A stretch of DNA of 33,231 bases from Chitinophagales bacterium (GTDB lineage: Bacteria; Bacteroidota; Bacteroidia; Chitinophagales; LD1). Positions 16,469-23,826 of this stretch are shown piece after piece. The notes below the pieces were generated by a model, which worked only from the letters and a program-made list of their open reading frames with translations, did not search any database and had not been told where the DNA came from. Position 1 is the first letter of the stretch. Each line of letters begins with the position of its first letter. The stretch lies in NCBI GenBank assembly GCA_046598235.1, contig JBKJJB010000375.1, positions 1-33,231 of the forward strand, read 5' to 3'. The position numbers and the translations under genes were made by a program.

Positions 16469-18327
16469 CAGCTTAGTTTAAATCGAATTGTTCCTTCAAA
16501 ATTTCTTCCGGGCATTGGACGTTGCGCTACGTTCTGATACTGTTTATCCGTCAAATTATTTACACGAAACGACAACCCGATTTCATATTTATGGTTAATT
16601 ATAAAATCTTTCCCTGCTTCTAAATCTAACAGGTAATATCCTTTCAGATTTTGGGTATTATCGGTAGTAATAAAAACCGCATCGGTAAAAGTATTTATAG
16701 CATTCAAATAAAATCGTTTGTATTCAAAGTGAACGCTCGCGTTTGTCAAATGCAGCGGCACGTATATCAATTGCTTATTCTTGGATTGGTCGAAAGGCGA
16801 AAGTGCATCAAGATTGGTGGCTCGTGTGTAAGCATAGTTACAGGATAAACGGAAAATAAAATCGCGATTAGATGGAGTTTGAAATGAAGCATAAATTTCT
16901 GCTCCTCTCGTTAGCACACGTTTTACATTTTGCGGCTCCCAGTAAGTTCCATTATTAATCCACTGAATCCAATTAGTGATGTATTTGCAAAATCCTGTAG
17001 CTTTAAAAGTAAAGCGACTTTGATAATTGTAGCGCGCAGTTACCTCTCCATCCCAACTCTTCTCTGTTATTAAATCACGATTGCCGCCCGGCACCCAATA
17101 CAAATCGTTGAGTGTAGGAAATCTGAAATTGCGCGATGCACTAACTAAAAACATCAAGTAATGTTCTTGGTTGATAATTTTATAATACCGGAATGAAAGT
17201 GCCGGAGAAAAAGGCGAAAAGGTTTTATCGTAAATACTTTCACGCAACTTCAGTTGAACTAGAATTTCCTTTATTGGTTCATACTTTACGTCTGCTGAAA
17301 GTTTTCCAATATGTCTGCCTCTGATAATTTGATACGAAGGAACTATAGCTCTTTCAAAATCGTAACCTGCTCCAATATTTACCGAGAACTTATTAATGCT
17401 ATCGTAAGTAAGCGAAAAACTATTTCTGAACGCCTGCATAATAGATTTTTCGTTCAAATAAATTTCGGGATTCTTATAGTGAATTACATCCTGCAAAAAC
17501 GCAGAAGTAAATTCTGTCGTCAGCTTTCTAAAATTTCCCTTCCAAAAAAGCGAAGTGCGCATAGAGTAATCATCCTGCACTTCTTTGCTGTAAGGCTTGC
17601 TAATGATTGGTGGAATTTGTCGCTGCGCATCGCTTAACCAAAAATTAAAGTGTAGCGAATTATTTTGATTAACTCTCGCACTAAACTGTTGCATAAAATG
17701 TAACATCTGTACTTTAGCATTCGTCAATTTCTCTTTTGCGTTTCCTGGCTTGTAAGTGTTTACAAAAGAATAATCGTTATCGCTCTGCATATAGCTGATT
17801 CTTGTAGTCCCGAAAATTTTTCCATTTCCAAAACCGGCTTTACCAAAAGTGCGAAGTGTATTAAAACTTCCGTAAGTAATAAACGCTTCAAACATAAACA
17901 TCGAATCAACGGTTGTTCCATTATTGATATTCAGCGAGCCTCCGATATTACCTGATTGCGAAGTGCCATTTACCTGAACTTGATCGCTCATTCCCATATT
18001 AAACAACGAAGCATCTACCTGGCCAAGAGAAGGAGAATTCAATTTTACTCCATTCCATAAAATATCGGTTTGTGCTGCGCTTGTACCACGAAAAGCAATA
18101 GAAGCTAGTTGACCATTCCCGTAATTCTTGATATAGATACCCGTGTTTTCACGCAATGCATCATTCAGATTTTTTGATGGAGCAATGGAGTAAATAATCT
18201 TTGCCTTCAAAATAGTTGTAGAGGAAATTTTTTCTACTTGTGGTAAAGTATAAACGCTATCTATTTTTAGCTGTGCATTCGACAAGGCAAACAACAACAG
18301 CAACAGATATGTTAGCGCACATTTCAT
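16468..18327 (-). CDS. btuB: TonB-dependent outer-membrane receptor (BtuB-like by size and context)
   Basis: Signal peptide, then plug-domain strings NLNDALRENTGIYIKNYGNGQLASIAFRGTSAAQTDILWNGVKLNSP. Barrel with C-terminal ...PMPGRNFEGTIRFKLS. 619 aa. It is downstream of a cobalamin riboswitch. ATGA overlap with the upstream gene. Confidence 0.85.
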   Translation of the reverse strand: MKCALTYLLLLLFALSNAQLKIDSVYTLPQVEKISSTTILKAKIIYSIAPSKNLNDALRENTGIYIKNYGNGQLASIAFRGTSAAQTDILWNGVKLNSPSLGQVDASLFNMGMSDQVQVNGTSQSGNIGGSLNINNGTTVDSMFMFEAFITYGSFNTLRTFGKAGFGNGKIFGTTRISYMQSDNDYSFVNTYKPGNAKEKLTNAKVQMLHFMQQFSARVNQNNSLHFNFWLSDAQRQIPPIISKPYSKEVQDDYSMRTSLFWKGNFRKLTTEFTSAFLQDVIHYKNPEIYLNEKSIMQAFRNSFSLTYDSINKFSVNIGAGYDFERAIVPSYQIIRGRHIGKLSADVKYEPIKEILVQLKLRESIYDKTFSPFSPALSFRYYKIINQEHYLMFLVSASRNFRFPTLNDLYWVPGGNRDLITEKSWDGEVTARYNYQSRFTFKATGFCKYITNWIQWINNGTYWEPQNVKRVLTRGAEIYASFQTPSNRDFIFRLSCNYAYTRATNLDALSPFDQSKNKQLIYVPLHLTNASVHFEYKRFYLNAINTFTDAVFITTDNTQNLKGYYLLDLEAGKDFIINHKYEIGLSFRVNNLTDKQYQNVAQRPMPGRNFEGTIRFKLS

Positions 18328-19319
18328 TCAACAACTAACTTCGTTACGAGCGATTCTACTTTTAGAAAATAAATTCCTTTAGGGAAGTTGACAGTTGACA
18401 GTTGACAGTTGACAGTTGAAATCCCCATTTCATGTACCAATCTTCCACTAAAATCAAAAGCTTTCAGTCTGCTTCCAACCGACTCTTCATTAACAGCTAT
18501 CTGAACTTCGCTGCCAACTGACGGATTTGGGAAAGTTCGTAATTCGTAATTCGTAATTCGCAATTCCTCAACTGCTGTAGTACTAACCTGATTGATAACT
18601 CCCACTGCATCTAAATCGAAACCGCTTGAAGCAAATGCTGTTGGGTACGGGTCATTTATCTTTTGCCCAAATTGGTCATGTGTTGCATATTGATTACCGA
18701 TAGAACCAACTACATCTATTAAGCGCACATGCGTAATGTTGTTTACATCTATCCCTGCTTCATTTTTCAATTCTTCTAAATCGAAAGGAGTGCCGAAGCC
18801 GGAAACATATTTGCCTGCCAGATTATTTACCAGAGAGCAATCTACTCCTGTCATTGGAATCTGCATAGTATCCTGAATATTTGAAGTGGCAGGGAAACGG
18901 AAGAAATTGATTCCATCACTGCTTACTTCTACAAAAGCAAACTCAAGAAATGCTAAAGGGCTTTGTGTATAAAATCCGTTTTCGAAAACAGCAAAGTCGA
19001 AACCTAGTCCATTATAAATTGGATTTTGAAAAGCGAGTGTGGCAACACCGCTATCACCTAAACTAACTACTCCGTTTTGCCCTGCCATACCAATGGCAGA
19101 GTTTGCATTACCCACCGTTGTATACCCGGAATCAGGCACAGCAATATCCATATACCCGCGCTGAATTACACAACCGGTTGCCCAAGCCACAAAAGCAGAA
19201 CTATCTTTTTCCATGGCTGTTGTTCCCATCACATTTGCCGCAGGTGCAAATTGCGCGTCTGCTAAGTTTATTAGTTGTAGAGAAACCAGCAGTAGAAAAA
19301 TATTTTTCATGAAACTCAT
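18324..19319 (-). CDS. Secreted protein of unknown function with a T9SS type-A C-terminal sorting domain
   Basis: Signal peptide MSFMKNIFLLLVSLQLINLADAQ. Conserved-looking core DFAVFENGF...FLEFAFVEVSSDGINFFRFP...NLAGKY...GTPFDLEEL...VRLIDVVG. CTD TFPNPSVGSEVQIAV...FPKGIYFLKVESLVTKLVVE. It is the second gene of the riboswitch operon. Confidence 0.8.
   Translation of the reverse strand: MSFMKNIFLLLVSLQLINLADAQFAPAANVMGTTAMEKDSSAFVAWATGCVIQRGYMDIAVPDSGYTTVGNANSAIGMAGQNGVVSLGDSGVATLAFQNPIYNGLGFDFAVFENGFYTQSPLAFLEFAFVEVSSDGINFFRFPATSNIQDTMQIPMTGVDCSLVNNLAGKYVSGFGTPFDLEELKNEAGIDVNNITHVRLIDVVGSIGNQYATHDQFGQKINDPYPTAFASSGFDLDAVGVINQVSTTAVEELRITNYELRTFPNPSVGSEVQIAVNEESVGSRLKAFDFSGRLVHEMGISTVNCQLSTVNFPKGIYFLKVESLVTKLVVE
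18387..18419. repeat. Perfect heptanucleotide tandem array, GTTGACA x4.7, inside a T9SS CTD coding region
   Basis: GTTGACA GTTGACA GTTGACA GTTGACA GTTGA. The coding strand translates to STVNCQLSTVN, immediately before FPKGIYFLKV. Confidence 0.95.
18536..18566. repeat. Heptanucleotide tandem array, TTCGTAA x3 plus TTCGCAA plus TTC, at the start of the same T9SS CTD
   Basis: TTCGTAA TTCGTAA TTCGTAA TTCGCAA TTC. The coding strand translates to (E)LRITNYELR, immediately before TFPNPS. Confidence 0.95.
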
Positions 19320-19327
19320 TTTAATAA

Positions 19328-19360
19328 AGTGATGCCATCGTTTTAAACGATGGCATCACT
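19328..19360 (-). terminator. Perfect 33-nt palindrome/hairpin in the 51-bp gap between operon genes 1 and 2 (partial terminator or RNA processing/stability element)
   Basis: AGTGATGCCATCGTTT-T-AAACGATGGCATCACT. On the minus strand it is followed by TTTATTAAAATG. Confidence 0.5.
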
Positions 19361-19370
19361 GGTTCTCAAA

Positions 19371-20621
19371 TTATTGTTTCACAATTTTCTTTACCAAAGT
19401 TCCGTTCAGCGAACTCATTTTCACAAAGTAAATTCCTAATGAAAGTTCTTCCGTATTTAACTCAAGTGTATTGCTTTCAATAGCAGAAATTGTCTTCACT
19501 AAAATTCCTGTAACATCAAACAAATCAACTTGATTGATTACAGCCGATGAACGAATAGATATGTTATTGCTAAACGGATTTGGAAAAACCTTTACAGCAA
19601 CATCTGCAATTTCATCAAGCCCTGTAACGCCTGTTACATTTATATAAACAACTGCGGTATCGCTTGCGCCTAAGGCATCGTAAACACGATACACTAAAGA
19701 ATCTGTAGCAACAAGTCCAATAGCTGGCGTGTAATGAATTTCATTATTCTCAACCGTAGCCATAGCACCCGGAATAAGTGGTGCACTCAATAATTCAACA
19801 GTATAAGGATTGGCAATTAAACCGGCATCGTTGGCAAGCACGGCAATCACCGTGTCGTTTAAGTAGGTAGTAGTTACAGCATCATCGTTAGCTGTTGGTT
19901 GCGCATAAGCAGTATCGCCTGTAGTGAAATTGTCCATCGCGAAATAAGCCGGTGTATTCATGTAACCGAAAGCAGTGTCAGATGAAGTAAGTTGAAAAAT
20001 AATGCTATCCACATCACCCAGAGGCTGCAAATCAAACCAAGTCCAGTCGCTAAGCATATAATCCTGTGTACTATCAGCCGAACGAAAATCTGCAAGGAAA
20101 AAGTCTACTGCCTGTTGTTTCATTGCTCCGTTGAGCCATCCCATAGCACGCAAACGAAACCAATCCGGATCGGCACTGGTAGCGCCTCCAAATTTCTTAG
20201 CAAATTGATCTCCGTTTTTCATGCTCAGATATGCATAGGTGGTATTGGTTACATAAAAGCCTTTTACCAATTTACCCGATGCATTACCAGTTAATCGAAT
20301 TTTCGCATTGCCGTATTCATCGGCAACAGCGTACTGTTCTGAACCGTTATAGCCGCTTGCAGTGATAGCTGCGTATTGATTACCGAAACCAGCGGTCGTG
20401 CTATCCTTCTTATTCGAGTATGTAAAACCACTCCACGAAGCCCACGCGGTGTTGTAATCGTTTACAAAATTGGCATTGCCACTATTGAAGCCACCACTTA
20501 AATCGCTGCCATTCCAAAAGGTGTCGGTAGCAAGAGGAAGGTCTTCGAATGTAGAAACTGTTTGAGAGAAAAGAAAACTTGCCATAAGTGTGGCACACAT
20601 GAATAGGTTGAATTTTTTCAT
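19371..20621 (-). CDS. DUF4465-like secreted protein with a cadherin/Ig-like segment and a T9SS type-A CTD (BtuH-like candidate by context)
   Basis: Signal MKKFNLFMCATLMASFLFSQ. STFEDLPLATDTFWNGSDLSGGFNSGNANFVNDYNTAWASWSGFTYSNKKD...NQYAAI...GFYVTNTTYAYLSMKNGDQFAKKFGG...DWFRL matches my recollection of DUF4465. PTANDDAVTT...VLANDAG is a cadherin-like string. CTD VFPNPFSNNISI...LGIYFVKM...KKIVKQ. It is the first gene after the riboswitch. Confidence 0.8.
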   Translation of the reverse strand: MKKFNLFMCATLMASFLFSQTVSTFEDLPLATDTFWNGSDLSGGFNSGNANFVNDYNTAWASWSGFTYSNKKDSTTAGFGNQYAAITASGYNGSEQYAVADEYGNAKIRLTGNASGKLVKGFYVTNTTYAYLSMKNGDQFAKKFGGATSADPDWFRLRAMGWLNGAMKQQAVDFFLADFRSADSTQDYMLSDWTWFDLQPLGDVDSIIFQLTSSDTAFGYMNTPAYFAMDNFTTGDTAYAQPTANDDAVTTTYLNDTVIAVLANDAGLIANPYTVELLSAPLIPGAMATVENNEIHYTPAIGLVATDSLVYRVYDALGASDTAVVYINVTGVTGLDEIADVAVKVFPNPFSNNISIRSSAVINQVDLFDVTGILVKTISAIESNTLELNTEELSLGIYFVKMSSLNGTLVKKIVKQ

Positions 20622-20699
20622 TATAACAATGATTTAAATTGGTTAAAAAATTCGCCCCGAAAAATGAATGGATGGATTATGAAACCGTGCACTGTTCCA

Positions 20700-20885
20700 G
20701 TTCTCCGCCTTTCTTCCCGAAAGCTTTTGACTAATGTGCCGAAGGCAGGTCTTCTGGTTTACTCTGTTTCTATCGCCTTCCCGGTTTTTACACCAGTGGC
20801 TTTGTGAGATAGAAACTTTTAAAGAGCTTACAGCAGCGGGTACTACTCAGGATTTTCACCTGATTCCCTATTGGACTATTCATTG
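20700..20885 (-). promoter_or_regulatory. Cobalamin (B12) riboswitch
   Basis: The minus strand reads, in order: AATAGGGAATCAGGTGAAAATCCTGAGTAGTACCCGCTGCTGTAAGC ... AGCCACTGGTGTAAAAACCGGGAAGGCG ... AAACCAGAAGACCTGCC (B12 box, plus-strand 20744-20757). These are the conserved cores of the cobalamin aptamer, upstream of a TonB-receptor/BtuFCD operon. The ends are approximate. Confidence 0.9.
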
Positions 20886-20969
20886 TAACATGAAATTGTC
20901 ACCTTTAGCGTTGCAAATAGAATCATTTATTTTGTAATTACTAAAAATATTTTTTGAACCTTGCGTTTG

Positions 20970-21287
20970 ATGATTATGAAAACTACCTTGTTAGTAGTTA
21001 CCTTCTTTCTACTTGTGTTTGCCTCTTCTTGCCATAAATGCTACGAATGCAAACAGTATTGCGCCTATTGTGTTTCAGCAACAAATAACGGATTGTCGTA
21101 TAAAATCTGTGCGTCAAATGACGTTAATCATTTCAAGGTTGATTCGCTCAAAAATGCCTATCAAAGTAATGGCTACAACTGTTCGTTATTGGAAAATGAT
21201 AAGAAGGTGTGCGATAATCCGAATAAACTAAACGAGGCAGTTGACTACTACCAGCTACAGGATTACTATTGCAATCCAACTGAATAA
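20970..21287 (+). CDS. Small Cys-rich putative lipoprotein, unknown function
   Basis: MIMKTTLLVVTFFLLVFASSC is a lipobox-like signal. The mature part begins CHKCYECKQYCAYC and has 9 Cys in total. The listed start at 20961 is a TTG; ATGs lie at 20970 and 20976. A terminator follows. Confidence 0.6.
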   Translation: MIMKTTLLVVTFFLLVFASSCHKCYECKQYCAYCVSATNNGLSYKICASNDVNHFKVDSLKNAYQSNGYNCSLLENDKKVCDNPNKLNEAVDYYQLQDYYCNPTE

Positions 21288-21320
21288 AAAAAAGCCTACC
21301 GATTACTCGTTAGGCTTTTA
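21288..21320. terminator. Bidirectional terminator hairpin between convergent genes
   Basis: AAAAAAGCCTACCG / CGTTAGGCTTTTAA imperfect inverted repeat, flanked by an A-run and a T-run. Confidence 0.65.
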
Positions 21321-21345
21321 ATTGATTTTATTCTTTCAGAAAATA

Positions 21346-21771
21346 TTAATTCCAATCCATTTGTTCATCGTCACCTATCTGAGGTGTTGGTGGTGTGTCA
21401 GTTGATTCTTTATGAGATTCTTCTGAACTTGATTCTGCTGAAATACTTTCGGTTGAATTTTCATGCTGCTGATTATTTGTGGGACGGGTCGGACGTTCTG
21501 AATCATAATCATATTCAGGCATCAAGTCAGTTTTAATATACTCAACTGTTTCGTTAAGCGCCTCAAGAAATTTCTTAAAATCCTCTTTGTATAGAAATAT
21601 TTTATGGCTGTCGTAGCCTTCTCCTTCAAACTTCTTTTTACTCTCTGTAATTGTCAAAAAGAAATCACCTTGTTTCGTACTTCTTACATCAAAAAAGTAG
21701 GTTCTGCGTTTACCTGCTTTTAGTTTCTTGCTAAAAAAGCCACTGTATTTTCCACCAGTATTGTTCTCCAC
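21346..21771 (-). CDS. PUR-alpha-like DNA/RNA-binding protein (DUF3276 family) with an acidic, Ser/Thr-rich tail
   Basis: FSKKLKAGKRRTYFFDVRSTKQGDFFLTITESKKKFEGEGYDSHKIFLYKEDFKKFLEALNETVEYI matches my recollection of Bacteroidota DUF3276. Apparent GTG start at 21771. Confidence 0.75.
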   Translation of the reverse strand: MENNTGGKYSGFFSKKLKAGKRRTYFFDVRSTKQGDFFLTITESKKKFEGEGYDSHKIFLYKEDFKKFLEALNETVEYIKTDLMPEYDYDSERPTRPTNNQQHENSTESISAESSSEESHKESTDTPPTPQIGDDEQMDWN

Positions 21772-21867
21772 GGTTTGCTCGGTTTTAGGTTATGATTGAA
21801 TATTTGAAATTAGTTGCCCTGTTTAATTATTGGCTAAGATATATTTTCTTTAACAAACATTATACCA

Positions 21868-23655
21868 TCAAACAGCAACTTCCTCCTTTTGTTCACTCAA
21901 TTGTCGTTCATATATCTCTGAATAAATTCCCATTTTTTTCAACAGTTCATCGTGTGTACCTTGTTCAACTATTTTTCCTTCATCTAATACAAGTATGTTA
22001 TCAAACTGTATGAGCGAAAATATACGGTGCGTTATGATGATAGCTGTTTTGTTTGCAAGCACTTCATCTAAATTTTTCTGAATCTCCTTTTCTGTTGCTG
22101 TATCTACTGCGCTTAAACAGTCATCCAACACAAGTACATTTGGTTGCTTAATTAGACTGCGGGCAATTGATATTCGTTGCTTTTGACCGCCCGAAAGAGT
22201 AACCCCTCTTTCTCCAACAATTGTTTCATAACCTTCAGGAAAAGTTTCTATTTCTTTCCCGATAGATGCGTAATGGGCAAAACGTTTTGCAGTATCCTTA
22301 TCGCTCGTTTCCAATCCGAAAGAAATATTCTGCGTAATGCTTTCAGAAAAAAGAAAAACATCTTGAGGAACAAAGCCAATTTGCTTACGAAGTGAACTTA
22401 GTTTGAAATCACTAATGTTAGTTCCGTCAATCGAAATTTTTCCGGTGCTTACATCATACATTCGCATAATAAGGTCCGCAATAGTTGTTTTGCCGGAACC
22501 TGTTCTGCCAATAATGGCAATTCTTTCACCGGGCTTCAATTTGAATGAAACATCTTTCAGTGCTTTAATACCCGTATCGGGATATGTAAATGATACATGG
22601 TCGAATACTATTTCTCCTTTTATCTGCTTTTCAACTCCTCCCTTTTCTGCAATGGCAGGTTGATATTGAAGAAATTCATTGATACGCTTTTGTGACGCAA
22701 CAGCGCGCTGAATCATAGATGCTACCCAACCCAATGAACTTACAGGCCACATAAGCATATTGGTGTACATAATAAACGCAGCAATTTCTCCGGCTGAAAG
22801 TTTTTTCGCGCCTATTTGCATACCGCCAACAAAAATGACTATGATAATACTGCAACCCACTAAAAAAGTCATAGAAGGGAAATAGATAGAATCAATCTTT
22901 GCAAGATGTAGTTGCTTCTGCTTGTATTCCTCACTTTCGTGTACGAAATGTTTAAGCATATCTTTCTCGCGCACATACGCCTGCACCACCCGAATACCTG
23001 AATATGTTTCCTGTGCATTGGTAGTTAAATCAGAAAGCTTGCCTTGTATTTGTGTACTTGATTTCTCTACCAATTCATTTACATAATAAATAATCAGAGA
23101 AAGAATAGGCAATGGAATCAACACCCACCACGTAAGCGTGGGATTGATAAGAAACATAGAGATGACCGCAAATGTTATAGTGAAAAACAAGTTCACTGAA
23201 TACATAATAGCAGGACCTACATACATTCGCACACGACTTACGTCTTCCGTAATACGATTCATCATATCGCCTGTGTTGTTACGTCTATAAAATGCTAAGT
23301 CAAGTTTTTGATAGTGATCATAGATCTCATTCTTCATATCAAACTCTATCATGCGTGAAACTACAATGATAGACTGGCGCATAAAAAATGTAAATGCTCC
23401 TGCCAGTAATGCTACTCCGAGATACTTAAGAAACAAGAAAAGAACCTGCAAGCCTATTTCTGATTGAATATCTTCTATCAGCTGGTCAGAAGAGCGGATT
23501 TTACTAAGGTTATTAGATATTAAATCAACGGCCTGTTTGGTGATAACAGGATTATAAACGCTTAATGCGTTCGAACAAATAACAAAGAGAATTCCGCCAA
23601 GAATTCTCCATTTGTACTTTAAAAAATATTTGTTGAGGTATGCTAAATGTTTCAC
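21868..23655 (-). CDS. ABC transporter, fused permease/ATPase (MsbA-like exporter)
   Basis: 595 aa. N-terminal 6-TM ABC_membrane region. Walker A GRTGSGKTT. Signature LSGGQKQRISIARSL. Walker B VLVLDDCLSAVD. Confidence 0.9.
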   Translation of the reverse strand: MKHLAYLNKYFLKYKWRILGGILFVICSNALSVYNPVITKQAVDLISNNLSKIRSSDQLIEDIQSEIGLQVLFLFLKYLGVALLAGAFTFFMRQSIIVVSRMIEFDMKNEIYDHYQKLDLAFYRRNNTGDMMNRITEDVSRVRMYVGPAIMYSVNLFFTITFAVISMFLINPTLTWWVLIPLPILSLIIYYVNELVEKSSTQIQGKLSDLTTNAQETYSGIRVVQAYVREKDMLKHFVHESEEYKQKQLHLAKIDSIYFPSMTFLVGCSIIIVIFVGGMQIGAKKLSAGEIAAFIMYTNMLMWPVSSLGWVASMIQRAVASQKRINEFLQYQPAIAEKGGVEKQIKGEIVFDHVSFTYPDTGIKALKDVSFKLKPGERIAIIGRTGSGKTTIADLIMRMYDVSTGKISIDGTNISDFKLSSLRKQIGFVPQDVFLFSESITQNISFGLETSDKDTAKRFAHYASIGKEIETFPEGYETIVGERGVTLSGGQKQRISIARSLIKQPNVLVLDDCLSAVDTATEKEIQKNLDEVLANKTAIIITHRIFSLIQFDNILVLDEGKIVEQGTHDELLKKMGIYSEIYERQLSEQKEEVAV

Positions 23656-23774
23656 AATTTATTGCCGCTATACATTTCTGCCACTGAACTTCTTAGGATG
23701 CGAAACGTTGCATTTTATTTTATTAAACAAATCTAAGTAAAGCTGAATGAATTCCGAAAGAAGCGTGATAAAAC

Positions 23775-23810
23775 TAAAAAGCCCCGCAGTAAAATTTACG
23801 CGGGGCTTTA
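23775..23810 (-). terminator. Intrinsic terminator of the 594-aa T9SS cargo gene
   Basis: The minus strand reads TAAAGCCCCGCGTAAATTTTACTGCGGGGCTTTTTAGTTTT: a GC-rich stem (GCCCCGC/GCGGGGC) followed by a T-run, 17 nt after the stop. Confidence 0.85.
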
Positions 23811-23826
23811 ACTCGCATTATCAATA

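Noticed and set aside
18387-18566. Possibility that the short tandem arrays are a CRISPR array or minisatellite locus
   Set aside because: The units are 7 nt with no spacers and lie in-frame within a continuous ORF. There are no cas genes in the window, so this is not CRISPR.
20734-20937. 67-aa plus-strand ORF in the gap upstream of the B12 operon
   Set aside because: It lies antisense across the cobalamin riboswitch aptamer. The conserved RNA motifs fully explain the sequence conservation, and the peptide has no protein-like features.
21013-21231. 72-aa alternative-frame ORF inside the Cys-rich lipoprotein gene
   Set aside because: It is on the same strand but lacks a signal peptide or any pattern. 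The 20970 frame has a signal peptide plus a structured Cys pattern.
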